Notes under the pieces: model-generated
Database searches by the model: none
What the model saw: the letters and a program-made list of their open reading frames with translations, nothing else
Told to the model about the DNA's origin: nothing
Shown: positions 8,011-17,287 of the stretch, piece by piece
How the letters are laid out: the number at the start of each line of letters is the position of its first letter
Position numbering within the stretch: position 1 is the stretch's first letter
Virus genome (UHGV): UHGV-0219058
Length of the DNA: 41,698 nt
Source: a virus
Direction: 5' to 3' (one strand)
Made by a program: the position numbers and the translations under genes

Positions 8011-10866
8011 CTAAAAGTTAATATATTCTCGCGGATTAATAAAATCACTGTTTGAAGGCCATGGGCCTTTATTAAAGAATTGAAAATGGAGATGCGGACC
8101 CGTACTAGGTCCTGTAGTCCCCATATTGCCGATTTGCTGCCCCTGATTGACTGTGTCACCGACAGAAACTCTAAGTTGACTCTGATGTGCGTATCCTGTG
8201 TAAAGTCCGTCAGAGTGCTTAATAACAACGTAGTTTCCATACCAATCGGGATAGCTTCCAGATATAACCACTTCACCAGCTGCCGATGCATATATAGGCG
8301 TGGTGGCATTTCCGTTTACAAGGTCAATCCCGTTATGCAGCTCATAGGATCCAGTAATTGGATGATATCTATAACCGAACTCGCTAGTCACTGTAACTGG
8401 CTTACTAATCGGCACTACATATCCCGAACTTTCATTCACTTTCACATATTGTCGGATCATCGCCGCATAATGGAAGTTACCACCATTAACATACAGGTAC
8501 GTTCTGCCATCTGCTTGAGATACAGCATTCACGTATGGATAGATTGCACCAGTTGTATTTCCTAGGGAAGGAGCAACAACTGTTCTTGAATAAACCTCAG
8601 CCAAATCAGTGGTATTTACTCCACCTCTGTTTGCGAGCCAAGGGATATAGGCACTCCCGAAGTTGTAACCTTGCATTACTCCCCAGATGTCTACGTTTTG
8701 ATCTTGACCGTTTTTAATTTGTTGTGCTAAATGCTTACAACCTTGCTTTACGGAAGCTTCTCCGCTCAACGTATTTGGCGCTAAACCAGCAGATTCCGAA
8801 GATTGCATGATATCATCTGTGCCGTCTGTACCGGGATTTTCTACCATTATCAGAGCATAAGCTAAGCCAATATAATCCGAGATACCGTATAGTTTTGTAT
8901 ACATTTCAAGCCAAGCAACGATATTCGCATTGCCGGTTATGTTGCTGCTGATATTAATCGGATCGTATGTTGCGCCACTAGGACCAACGCCACCACCAGA
9001 ACCGCCGGGATAAACTTGTTGTCCTTGGATTCTAATTTGGCCTTGCACATCTAAGTCACCTGTTATACGGACATTCCCTTGATAAGTAACATCTCCACGA
9101 TAAATTCCCGATCCATCTCCAAGAAATACCCAGCCATATCCTTCTTTGGTCGAGATAAGAATGTACTTTCCGTCACCTTCTGTTTTAATTATAAGCGAGT
9201 TATCTTCAAGCGGTGTCGGCGTTGACGCTTCTGGAAATGGATTGCCAGCTGAGTCGGTCGTCCCGATAGTTCCAATTTGTCGGTTGGCTCCCCAGAACTC
9301 CATCCCTTTGCTGGTTAACTCCATAATCTTTTTGCCGTTTTTCATTGCTTGCAACGATCCTGCTGACAATTTCAAAATCTCACCTAACTTATTAAATGAT
9401 GTTTCGAAAATATCAGCAATGATCGATCCAGTTTGAATGAAGTCGGCATTGAATTTTCCGTCAATGGTCCAAGCGGTTTTAAACGGGCTAGTATAGAAAT
9501 CACCATCTATAAAACCAATTCCATCTGAGTTAGCAACTAAGAAATGGCTTGAAGTTTGAATAGAATCGCCGTCCATCCATACCATCTGAAATGGCTGCCG
9601 ACTTTCTCCACGCTGAGGATGATTGGCAGGATAATCGGACGGTGACATCAAAATAACCGCACCGCCATGAGCGCCACGGATAATATCTGATTGCCATTTA
9701 CTGATTTCAGTTGAATCATAGAATGTCATTTTTGTTTCAGCTAAATTAGTGACGCTGTTTTGAACACTTGCTGCTTGCCTAGTACTTGAGGTGTTCAAGT
9801 TATCGCCTAATCCGCATTCCACCTTGTTCCTAATACGATCGATTTTGACGCTGAAAACACGAGTTTTGTAGTGATAGTTCTTGTCTGATCGGTGGATGGT
9901 TACTGTGTTACCGATTGAATCTCCACCTAGCACAGAAGTTTTGAATTGAATCAGCGGCCGTGAGTATTCTACAAGATTCTCATAGGTCGCTTGCAGCAAC
10001 TCTCTAGGGTCTTCTATATCTTCCAAAATTAGAACAGTTTCCCGTTTACGCTTGCTTCCGTTCTTCATCGGTATGCCGTAAAGTGCTGTCATTTCAGGAT
10101 ATTCAAGCCAATTCTGTCCTTTTGGTTTATCTAACGGATTACCATTCGACTTTTTCCATTCGATGTCAGTGAATTCAATTCTTCGTCCGTAGCCGTCCCC
10201 GACCTCTTCACCTTTACCCCGTCCAATAATCGAGGTATATAGTTGCGATCGATCTCTTTGACGCACGACTTCAAGCGCATTTGATCCATATACGAATCGT
10301 TTATTACTAAATATGCCAATCTGCTTATAAATTTCTATCCATTTATCTGTGATTTTGTTTCCATCAATTTTACATTTGAAAACAATCTCGCAGCCGAATG
10401 TCTGCAGTTGCTTTAAAGCATCTTTAACGCTTAGATAGTAGAACGTTCCTGAAATTGCAGGAAGCGTGGGATCGACATAACCCACACGCCACTCAGCGTT
10501 TGTATAACCAAGAATCTGTTCTGCTACTTGTTTGATACTTCGATTGCTAGGGCGCATATCAAGCACGATAAACGAATGTAATTCATCTACTGCAAAGTTA
10601 ACCCCTGTAAAGCTTAAACGTCCTCTAGGGTCGCTATCAGCGGTTATTTTGTACATCGAGAACGAATCATCATTTTCACGAACAGCCATAAAAGCAGCAT
10701 CTCGAATTTTCTTATCATCCAATACGCTAACGCTCAAAGTATCGTTCATCAGCTCGCTTTTATCAGCAGTGATTTCTTTCGACTGTATGGACTCAATAAT
10801 TTTGCTTTCTCCGCACACTTTCAGCAGTTCTTGTTCATCATTAAGAAAGTAAATGCTTTCGCTCAT
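8011..10866 (-). CDS. Tail-associated lysin (Tal): N-terminal tail-tip domain, SLT lytic transglycosylase domain and C-terminal M23 peptidase.
   Basis: QSSESAGL and GVMQGYNFGSAY (SLT E-S / GLMQ-type motifs). C-terminal HNGIDL...HLHFQF (M23 HxxxD and HxH). Confidence 0.75.
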   Translation of the reverse strand: MSESIYFLNDEQELLKVCGESKIIESIQSKEITADKSELMNDTLSVSVLDDKKIRDAAFMAVRENDDSFSMYKITADSDPRGRLSFTGVNFAVDELHSFIVLDMRPSNRSIKQVAEQILGYTNAEWRVGYVDPTLPAISGTFYYLSVKDALKQLQTFGCEIVFKCKIDGNKITDKWIEIYKQIGIFSNKRFVYGSNALEVVRQRDRSQLYTSIIGRGKGEEVGDGYGRRIEFTDIEWKKSNGNPLDKPKGQNWLEYPEMTALYGIPMKNGSKRKRETVLILEDIEDPRELLQATYENLVEYSRPLIQFKTSVLGGDSIGNTVTIHRSDKNYHYKTRVFSVKIDRIRNKVECGLGDNLNTSSTRQAASVQNSVTNLAETKMTFYDSTEISKWQSDIIRGAHGGAVILMSPSDYPANHPQRGESRQPFQMVWMDGDSIQTSSHFLVANSDGIGFIDGDFYTSPFKTAWTIDGKFNADFIQTGSIIADIFETSFNKLGEILKLSAGSLQAMKNGKKIMELTSKGMEFWGANRQIGTIGTTDSAGNPFPEASTPTPLEDNSLIIKTEGDGKYILISTKEGYGWVFLGDGSGIYRGDVTYQGNVRITGDLDVQGQIRIQGQQVYPGGSGGGVGPSGATYDPINISSNITGNANIVAWLEMYTKLYGISDYIGLAYALIMVENPGTDGTDDIMQSSESAGLAPNTLSGEASVKQGCKHLAQQIKNGQDQNVDIWGVMQGYNFGSAYIPWLANRGGVNTTDLAEVYSRTVVAPSLGNTTGAIYPYVNAVSQADGRTYLYVNGGNFHYAAMIRQYVKVNESSGYVVPISKPVTVTSEFGYRYHPITGSYELHNGIDLVNGNATTPIYASAAGEVVISGSYPDWYGNYVVIKHSDGLYTGYAHQSQLRVSVGDTVNQGQQIGNMGTTGPSTGPHLHFQFFNKGPWPSNSDFINPREYINF

Positions 10867-11645
10867 AGCGCCACCACCCGATAAAATACTTCAAGAGATC
10901 CATTGTTTGTCTTAACAACATCCCCTTTTTTGATATAGAAATCTTCAAGTTGTCCGCCTGCCCAATCCAAGATGTTGGTTTTATCTACACCGTTTACATA
11001 CACACTACCTTCTTTGTTTCGAAACTCAACTACATCTCCCGCAACGATGCTTGCGCCTGTGATCGACATCGAGAGAGAGCCATTGGTTACTTTAACGCTT
11101 GTTGGTGAGCTCAATTTAACTCTTACGACATCAGGGACGATCGTGTATGGAATGTACGTGGCAATTTCGCCATTTGATTTATATTGCTTTGAATACTTTC
11201 TCGGATCAGCACAATAGATCTCAAAACTTGAAACGATTCTGTTTGTGTCGCCTGCAACGGTATTAGCAGATGAAAACCGACCGTGATAGGTGTAGTCTAA
11301 TTCATCGTTGAATTGAATCGGAACATCTTTTGTTTTATAGAGATACCACATCAATAGATCAAACTTTTTTTGTAGTTTTTCTGCATCGTTATCTTCGAGT
11401 TTGTATTTCACTGTCAGCGTCCTTGAAGGCAAAGTCTGGTTCGTGATAATGCTTCCGACTTGAATTGATTCTGATTCAATCCCCACAGAAATCAGTTCTC
11501 TCCCTTCGACTGACAATGTTTGATATCCTTCGATTACCTTCTCAAATAGAATGCCATCATAATACATAGCGGAAGTAGGAATGTACTCCGGTATGTATCG
11601 TTCATTTTTCTGTGTGTCCATAAACGGATACATTCTGTTTTCCAT
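10863..11645 (-). CDS. Distal tail protein (Dit).
   Basis: Size and position between tape measure and Tal. Translationally coupled to its neighbours. Confidence 0.55.
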   Translation of the reverse strand: MENRMYPFMDTQKNERYIPEYIPTSAMYYDGILFEKVIEGYQTLSVEGRELISVGIESESIQVGSIITNQTLPSRTLTVKYKLEDNDAEKLQKKFDLLMWYLYKTKDVPIQFNDELDYTYHGRFSSANTVAGDTNRIVSSFEIYCADPRKYSKQYKSNGEIATYIPYTIVPDVVRVKLSSPTSVKVTNGSLSMSITGASIVAGDVVEFRNKEGSVYVNGVDKTNILDWAGGQLEDFYIKKGDVVKTNNGSLEVFYRVVAL

Positions 11646-11655
11646 TTCCTACCTC

Positions 11656-14370
11656 CTAAAATTGCATGTTTAAGTTAATGCCATTACCTTGAGCCTGACT
11701 AATGTCATCAACAAATTTAGAAAACTCGCTATCTCCAATTCGAACATTGAAAACAGCCGGTTGGTTATTGGTTCCGTAGCTGACTTCGTGCTGCACTTTC
11801 GACTGAATTTGGCTATTAACTGCCGAAATTCGGTTCCCGATGTCCATGTTTGATGCTTTGTCAGCTAGTGTAGAGGATGCTTTGTCCACGTATTTTGAAC
11901 CGTCCAGCATACCTTCTGCTAAACCTTGCGAAGTGAACATCCCCAATTCAGCCATCACACGTGAAGGAGAGTGAATATTCAGCACATCTTTGATTTTTCC
12001 AGTAATAGAACCAGCAACATCTTTGACTGCATTCACTACATCATCAATCTTGCTTCTGATTCCATTTACTAATCCATCGATGATATCTTTCCCGATTTGC
12101 AACAGGTCAATTTGTCTGATTGTATCAAAGGTTTCTTTTACTCTGCCTACGGCATTTGAAACGCCGGTTTTCATGTCTTCCCAAGCTTGTGCTGCACCGT
12201 CTACAATGCTCTTCGCTGTATTAATGACAGCGTTCTTGGTATTTTCCCAAGCAGTCGTGACACCGTCTTTGATCGCATTCCACATATTGATTGTGTTTGT
12301 CTTAATGGATTCCCACAAATCAATGAAGAATTGCTTCACGCTATTCCAAGTGTCAATCGCACCTTGTTTCATGCTTTCCCATGTTTCAGATAACCATGTT
12401 TTTAATGCGTTCCAAGCGTCAATTGTGCCTTGTTTGATATTGGTCCATGTTTCAACAAAGAAAGCTACAATACTATTAAATGTATCGATCGCAATCGTTT
12501 GAATCGTTGTCCATATATAGGCTAGTGCTGCTTTAATACCATTCCATATGTTTAAGAATGCCATCTGAACGTTAGTTAAGAAGCTATCAAAAATCGCTTT
12601 AATGGAAGCCCAAATATTCGCTGCTGCAGTTTGGATATTGTTCCATATCCCGATCATGTTATTCATTGCTTCTTCCCAACCACCTGAGATTAAAGAAGTC
12701 ACGAATAACACTGGAGCTAGAATAACGTTTTTCATAATTTCAAATATCTGGCCAGCAATCTTCACTAAATTTGTCCAAAGTGTTTTCAGGAAAAAGCTCA
12801 TATGGATAAACGCATTTCGAACGCCGTACACGAGTGTTCCAAAACGGCTCATGATTCCATCTGCAATCCCTTTAACGATAGATGTAACTGTTGATTTAAT
12901 CCCATTCCACAAGTCTGAGAACCACTGTGTGATTCCATCCCAAACCGAAACGATATTATCTACACCATCACTAAATGCTTGCTTTGTCCCTTGCCACATA
13001 TCGCTAGCCGAATCTTTGATACCTTGCCATAGGTCTGCAAACCATTGCTTGGTATTCTGCCATCCCTTTTTGACGCTATCTACTGCTTGTTTACTACCTT
13101 CTACTAAACCGTCCCAAGCATTCGAAAAGAATTCTGTCATTCCCTTCCAAGCAGAGACGATCCAATCAACAGCAGCGCCAACAACGCTTTGAATCCCTTC
13201 CCAAAGACCAATCCAGAAATTTCTAAAGCCTTCGCTTGTATTCCACAGATAAATGAATCCTGCTACAAGAGCGATAACCGCCGCTATAACGAGTCCGATT
13301 GGGTTTAAGTTCATAAGGACGTTCATCATTTTTTGGGCACCATTGTATAGTTCAACCGCTTTTCTAGCAGTACCCATGACACCCTGATAAATACTTATAT
13401 ATCCTACTACTGCCATGATTAGCGGTAAGAAAGGTTTAATCGTATCCCACAGGGTTGTCAAAAAGCTAATTGCCGGTGGAATGCTATCAGTGATAGCTTT
13501 AAACGCTACGTTTACTGCCCCTTTGATCTTGTCGAAGTTTTCAGCAATCGATCCAAGCCCAGCGTCTTGCATTCCTTCATCAATCGCCGTGATAACATTC
13601 GCCAAACCTTTTACAACTGCTGTTTTGATGTTCGCAAAGGAAGTCCTGATACCAGCTGAGTTCTTTTGGGCTAGTTCAGCAAATCCACCGACACCTTCGT
13701 TCAGTTCGATTAAACGACTGTTAAAGTCATCAAAAGTAATATCGCCTTTTTTCAGAGCAGCATATAAGTCGTTCGCTGAGTTGACACCTTGATCACTAAA
13801 GGACTTCGACACCTTATCCATTGCAATTGGCATTGTCTCAAGCAAAGAGCGCCAAGACTGAAGATCGACTTCTCCTTTTGAGAGCATTTGCTGGTATTGC
13901 TGTGCCCCACGGCTTGCATCACCTGCAGAAGCACCACTGGCCAAGAATGCATTGTTCAACGCGATCGCTGTGTCTGTCCCTTTTTGCAAATCACCCGTTG
14001 AAATAGCTAGCTGTTGAGCGCTAGATACGATTTCATCTAAACTTGTTGGCAATCCATCTATTCCGTTTGTAAGCTTGTTCATTGAGTCGTCTACTTCTTG
14101 GGTTGAGTAGCCCAGTGCTTCCATAACAACCGGATATTTGTTCAACGTGTCGAAACGATCAATCGCACCATCCATTGAACTTTTGACTAACCCAATTGCT
14201 GAATCCACTAATTTAAAAACCCCGATACCTTTGGCGATATCGAGGATAGAAGTATTCGTTTTTTGAGTGCTGCTATCTAAGTTGTTCATCGAACTATCAG
14301 CATTCTTCATGGTAGAAGAAAAATTCTTGTCGACAGCCGAAAGGATCGCTTCAACGCTATATGATTCCAT
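11656..14370 (-). CDS. Tail tape measure protein.
   Basis: 904 aa with a long helical region and many W/F-spaced repeats (WxxIxxxxxxxW...), downstream of the G/GT chaperone. Confidence 0.85.
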   Translation of the reverse strand: MESYSVEAILSAVDKNFSSTMKNADSSMNNLDSSTQKTNTSILDIAKGIGVFKLVDSAIGLVKSSMDGAIDRFDTLNKYPVVMEALGYSTQEVDDSMNKLTNGIDGLPTSLDEIVSSAQQLAISTGDLQKGTDTAIALNNAFLASGASAGDASRGAQQYQQMLSKGEVDLQSWRSLLETMPIAMDKVSKSFSDQGVNSANDLYAALKKGDITFDDFNSRLIELNEGVGGFAELAQKNSAGIRTSFANIKTAVVKGLANVITAIDEGMQDAGLGSIAENFDKIKGAVNVAFKAITDSIPPAISFLTTLWDTIKPFLPLIMAVVGYISIYQGVMGTARKAVELYNGAQKMMNVLMNLNPIGLVIAAVIALVAGFIYLWNTSEGFRNFWIGLWEGIQSVVGAAVDWIVSAWKGMTEFFSNAWDGLVEGSKQAVDSVKKGWQNTKQWFADLWQGIKDSASDMWQGTKQAFSDGVDNIVSVWDGITQWFSDLWNGIKSTVTSIVKGIADGIMSRFGTLVYGVRNAFIHMSFFLKTLWTNLVKIAGQIFEIMKNVILAPVLFVTSLISGGWEEAMNNMIGIWNNIQTAAANIWASIKAIFDSFLTNVQMAFLNIWNGIKAALAYIWTTIQTIAIDTFNSIVAFFVETWTNIKQGTIDAWNALKTWLSETWESMKQGAIDTWNSVKQFFIDLWESIKTNTINMWNAIKDGVTTAWENTKNAVINTAKSIVDGAAQAWEDMKTGVSNAVGRVKETFDTIRQIDLLQIGKDIIDGLVNGIRSKIDDVVNAVKDVAGSITGKIKDVLNIHSPSRVMAELGMFTSQGLAEGMLDGSKYVDKASSTLADKASNMDIGNRISAVNSQIQSKVQHEVSYGTNNQPAVFNVRIGDSEFSKFVDDISQAQGNGINLNMQF

Positions 14371-14386
14371 AGTTTTCCTCCTTTCT

Positions 14387-14764
14387 TCAGGAGTTTACAA
14401 ATCTCGGTACTTTTTCATCCTTGCCCAAGATTTTTTTTTCAAGTTTTTCCTTGTTAAAGAATTTTTCGAAGGTGTCAAATAAAGGAACCTCGTATTTACC
14501 ACGTTTTTTAGTAGCTTTAACTTGATTAATCGCCCATGCTTGGTAATGAATAAGCTCTTGTTCGTCTAACCTTTTGAGACGATAAGCAATAAGCCTTGTT
14601 TCGTATTCCGTCATTGTCATTCGATCAATGTCTAAGAAGTCAGTAATCCCGAGATAACGCAGACAGTTTATTTGGACAGTGGCATAAAAATCTTCTTCTA
14701 CTTGCTTTCCTTGATTCTGTTTTCGACTGTTAGTGTTTTTTTCTTTGTAAATTCCGACTTTTTT
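14387..14764 (-). CDS. C-terminal extension of the tail assembly chaperone reached by a programmed -1 frameshift (GT-like fusion product).
   Basis: The -1 frame is open from the slippery site at 14758..14764 through to ORF 14387..14620. Checked codon by codon: ...ELKK then VGIYKEKNTNSRKQ...MTMTEYETRL.... Confidence 0.65.
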   Translation of the reverse strand, partial: KKVGIYKEKNTNSRKQNQGKQVEEDFYATVQINCLRYLGITDFLDIDRMTMTEYETRLIAYRLKRLDEQELIHYQAWAINQVKATKKRGKYEVPLFDTFEKFFNKEKLEKKILGKDEKVPRFVNS

Positions 14765-15045
14765 AATTCTTCTAGTACCAAATCAAAGAGTTTATCCGAG
14801 CCGATTTCATCAACTAAGGCGATCAAATCCTTTTCCGCTACTCGTGGCGACTCTGTTGAGTTTGCTACTTTTAACATTTCAATCAAAGTCTCAATATCTT
14901 CATTGAAGAAATTCACTAGCGTTGAATCCAAGCCAAGCTTCATTGTCATCCCTTGCTCTACAACGGAATATCTGCGGTTCATTTCACGGATAAACCCAAA
15001 TCCAAAAATAAAGCTATACTCTTTTCCGTTAATCGTTAGTTCCAT
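14698..15045 (-). CDS. Tail assembly chaperone (G-like product).
   Basis: 115-aa ORF between the major tail gene and tape measure, ending just after an A_AAA_AAG slippery site. Confidence 0.7.
   Translation of the reverse strand: MELTINGKEYSFIFGFGFIREMNRRYSVVEQGMTMKLGLDSTLVNFFNEDIETLIEMLKVANSTESPRVAEKDLIALVDEIGSDKLFDLVLEELKKSEFTKKKTLTVENRIKESK
14758..14764 (-). other. Slippery heptamer A_AAA_AAG (minus strand) for the -1 ribosomal frameshift of the tail chaperone.
   Basis: Plus-strand cttttttt is the reverse complement of aaaaaag; in frame as ttA AAA AAG. Confidence 0.65.
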
Positions 15046-15057
15046 TTATTCATCCTC

Positions 15058-15089
15058 CTAAAAATAAAAGCACTCAATTAAGAGTGCTT
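15058..15089 (-). terminator. Intrinsic terminator/attenuator immediately after the major tail protein gene.
   Basis: On the minus strand: 8-bp stem aagcactc / gagtgctt with loop ttaatt, then ttttattttt. Confidence 0.6.
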
Positions 15090-15594
15090 AGCCTTCTGGT
15101 GTTTGTTTTGTTGTGTCCACAAATGCATACTGAACTTCATTTTGTTGTTCAGCCGTTAAGGTTGCATAACCATCTTGATGAATCATTTGCACGGCGTATT
15201 CCAATGAAACTTCAACATTATCTTCAGCAGAAGCCGTTTCCTCATAGCTTGAGATATACACTTGCATATATTTAGCTGCAAATTTCCCTGTGTCGCCTTC
15301 TTGTGGTTCGAGTTTGTCGATGATCCATGTTTCAACTAATTTGTTGTTCATAAATGCATCGTAAAGCATTTTGAGTGTTTTGCTGCCACGTTCATATAAA
15401 GCAGTAGAGCTGAAATCATATTCAATTGCTCCTACGGTTTGCGCTGTTCCATCTTTGGTTTCGGTAGCATCTGTACTGCGTGACATACCAAATGTATGCT
15501 CGGTTTGATAGGTCACAGTTTTGGCAGCTTCTTCAGCCTGTTTTTCCAAATCTCGATAGACCAAAATGACGTCAATACCTTTTTTTAGTGCCAT
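15088..15594 (-). CDS. Major tail protein.
   Basis: 168 aa, directly upstream of the chaperone genes and followed by a terminator. Composition is typical of siphovirus major tail proteins. Confidence 0.7.
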   Translation of the reverse strand: MALKKGIDVILVYRDLEKQAEEAAKTVTYQTEHTFGMSRSTDATETKDGTAQTVGAIEYDFSSTALYERGSKTLKMLYDAFMNNKLVETWIIDKLEPQEGDTGKFAAKYMQVYISSYEETASAEDNVEVSLEYAVQMIHQDGYATLTAEQQNEVQYAFVDTTKQTPEG

Positions 15595-15990
15595 TTAAAT
15601 TCCTCCTATTAATCTAAAATTCAATTCAATAATCGCTCGTTTAAGCGGTGTGTTTGTGCTTGTGTCTGTTACCGTCTGTATGTCGCTTGCATTGGTGTCT
15701 AGCGTCCATGAATATCCGTCAGATGTCTTTACTTGCATCGCTTGCTCAAACAAAGCAGAAGCCATCTCAGACACCTGTTTTCGCTTTGTATGCAAACTCC
15801 ATACTGAAATGACAATCACGACATTTCCCAAAACATGAGATTTGTTGGTGGAGTGAAGCGTTTGAGTGTCTTCAAATTCTACAAAAGGATAGCTAGTAGC
15901 ACTCGCTGGTTTGTAGTCATAGGTTTGATACCCCAATGCATTCGATCGTTTAAACATCTCATCAAAGATTGATTGTTCTCTAGTCTTCAT
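15595..15990 (-). CDS. Tail completion / tail terminator-like protein.
   Basis: Position in the conserved head-tail joining block. Confidence 0.45.
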   Translation of the reverse strand: MKTREQSIFDEMFKRSNALGYQTYDYKPASATSYPFVEFEDTQTLHSTNKSHVLGNVVIVISVWSLHTKRKQVSEMASALFEQAMQVKTSDGYSWTLDTNASDIQTVTDTSTNTPLKRAIIELNFRLIGGI

Positions 15991-16374
15991 CTATTCCACC
16001 AACCGTTCTAAATCAGATTTAAATTTTGCCTTCTGAATTCTCAAAGGTGGAAAGAAAAAATCACGCTTAGCCATAAAGCGTGTTCCTCTGATTAAATACG
16101 GAGAGTACTCTGTTTTTGGTCCTGTATGTCCTGAAAGTCCTTTGTTAGAGATCTTCATCGTAATGCTTCGCTTAGTCGCGCCAGTAGGTTTGACGAATTT
16201 GCCGCCTTCCCAGTGACCTGTGAGTACCTTTTGGGTCTCTCTTTGCATCCCTTCCGTGAGTTCCGCAGTATTTACTTTTACAACAGTTTTAACATCATCC
16301 ATCGTGGCGTTTTTTTTGAGTTTCTTTGACAATTCAGGCAATCCATTGATTTGAAAAACCTTTCTCTTACTCAT
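15991..16374 (-). CDS. Tail component (HK97 gp10-like position).
   Basis: Position. Overlaps neighbouring genes, consistent with coupling. Confidence 0.4.
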   Translation of the reverse strand: MSKRKVFQINGLPELSKKLKKNATMDDVKTVVKVNTAELTEGMQRETQKVLTGHWEGGKFVKPTGATKRSITMKISNKGLSGHTGPKTEYSPYLIRGTRFMAKRDFFFPPLRIQKAKFKSDLERLVE

Positions 16375-16696
16375 TTGAAACCACCTCCTGAACGATAAAA
16401 GTGTTTTTAAGTCGAAGGTTACGTTCAGTGATAATCTCGAACTTCTCCGTTTTGCTCCTTAGTTTGTTGAATATTAAAACGTAATCCCACTCCTTGGTGT
16501 AAGGTCGAAGCAAACGAATCACTTTTGCGCCTTGCTTAATATCTCCGAACAAAGCTTTCGAGCGGTCAGTGCCCAAATCAGTCACATTAGCAAGCTTGAT
16601 TTTTTCGTCTAAAGTTGGCTCTACATGCTCTCCTAAGCCAGGATCGTAATAGCCATCTTTTTCGATAACGAAAGTTACTTCTGTGTCATATCTCAT
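16367..16696 (-). CDS. Head-tail joining / head closure protein.
   Basis: Position in the conserved block. 4-bp overlap with neighbours. Confidence 0.45.
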   Translation of the reverse strand: MRYDTEVTFVIEKDGYYDPGLGEHVEPTLDEKIKLANVTDLGTDRSKALFGDIKQGAKVIRLLRPYTKEWDYVLIFNKLRSKTEKFEIITERNLRLKNTFIVQEVVSNE

Positions 16697-17031
16697 AAGA
16701 ACCTAGCCACCCCTCTACGAGGAACGCTATTCTCTTTTTCCTTTTCTTTGTATGCTGAAATATCATCTTCAAACTCATCTAAAAGCTTTCCATAAGAGAT
16801 TGACTCACCTTCTTGTCCATACGAGCTCATACCTTCGTTACCCTTGCGGTTAAATCTCTTGATAGTACATTCGACCACGATATAGTTTAAAGCCGCAGGA
16901 ACGCTGTTTAGGAAGCCTAAACGCACGCATAGCTGGTTTGAGATTCGTTTGATAAAGTCAGTTAGTTGTTTATCGAGTTCTTCGTTATCAACTTCGAGCG
17001 ATCGCTTCACTTCTTCTAAGGTTTCGTTCAT
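16693..17031 (-). CDS. Head-tail connector / DNA packaging (gp6-like) protein.
   Basis: Position downstream of the capsid gene. Acidic 112-aa protein. Confidence 0.45.
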   Translation of the reverse strand: MNETLEEVKRSLEVDNEELDKQLTDFIKRISNQLCVRLGFLNSVPAALNYIVVECTIKRFNRKGNEGMSSYGQEGESISYGKLLDEFEDDISAYKEKEKENSVPRRGVARFL

Positions 17032-17043
17032 GACTGCCTCCTT

Positions 17044-17085
17044 TCAAAAATAAAAAGGCTAGTCGAATGACTAACCTTTCTTTTT
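17044..17085. terminator. Bidirectional-looking intrinsic terminator between the capsid-proximal small gene and the connector genes.
   Basis: Nested hairpin aaagg-c-tagtc gaat gacta-a-ccttt flanked by an A-run upstream and a T-run downstream. Confidence 0.5.
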
Positions 17086-17277
17086 AGTTGATTTAGCTGG
17101 TTTCTTAACTTGTTTTTCCCCAACCTTAATTGGTTCTAAGAATCCTCCGCCAAACGCTTCAAGATTTTTCTCAATTTCATCAAAGCGCTCTTTGTTCAAA
17201 TGAATCTCTTGACCAACTTTATAAGTTTCTTTCGTGTGAACATCAATGAAAACTTTAGCTACTTTATATTTGGTCAT
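17071..17277 (-). CDS. Small hypothetical head-region protein of 68 aa.
   Basis: ORF directly downstream of the major capsid gene. Confidence 0.45.
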   Translation of the reverse strand: MTKYKVAKVFIDVHTKETYKVGQEIHLNKERFDEIEKNLEAFGGGFLEPIKVGEKQVKKPAKSTKKKG

Positions 17278-17287
17278 AGAGGATCAC

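Noticed and set aside
3850-13192. Numerous shadow ORFs inside large genes (for example 3850..4053, 5910..6350, 8080..8565, 11990..12502, 12602..13192, 18728..19265, 20537..20962).
   Set aside because: They sit entirely within the long, well-supported tail, lysin and head genes, lack an RBS, and have biased low-complexity translations. They are treated as non-coding frame artefacts.
14387-14620. 77-aa ORF as an independent gene.
   Set aside because: It is reached by the -1 frameshift from the chaperone gene (GT fusion) and has no RBS of its own.
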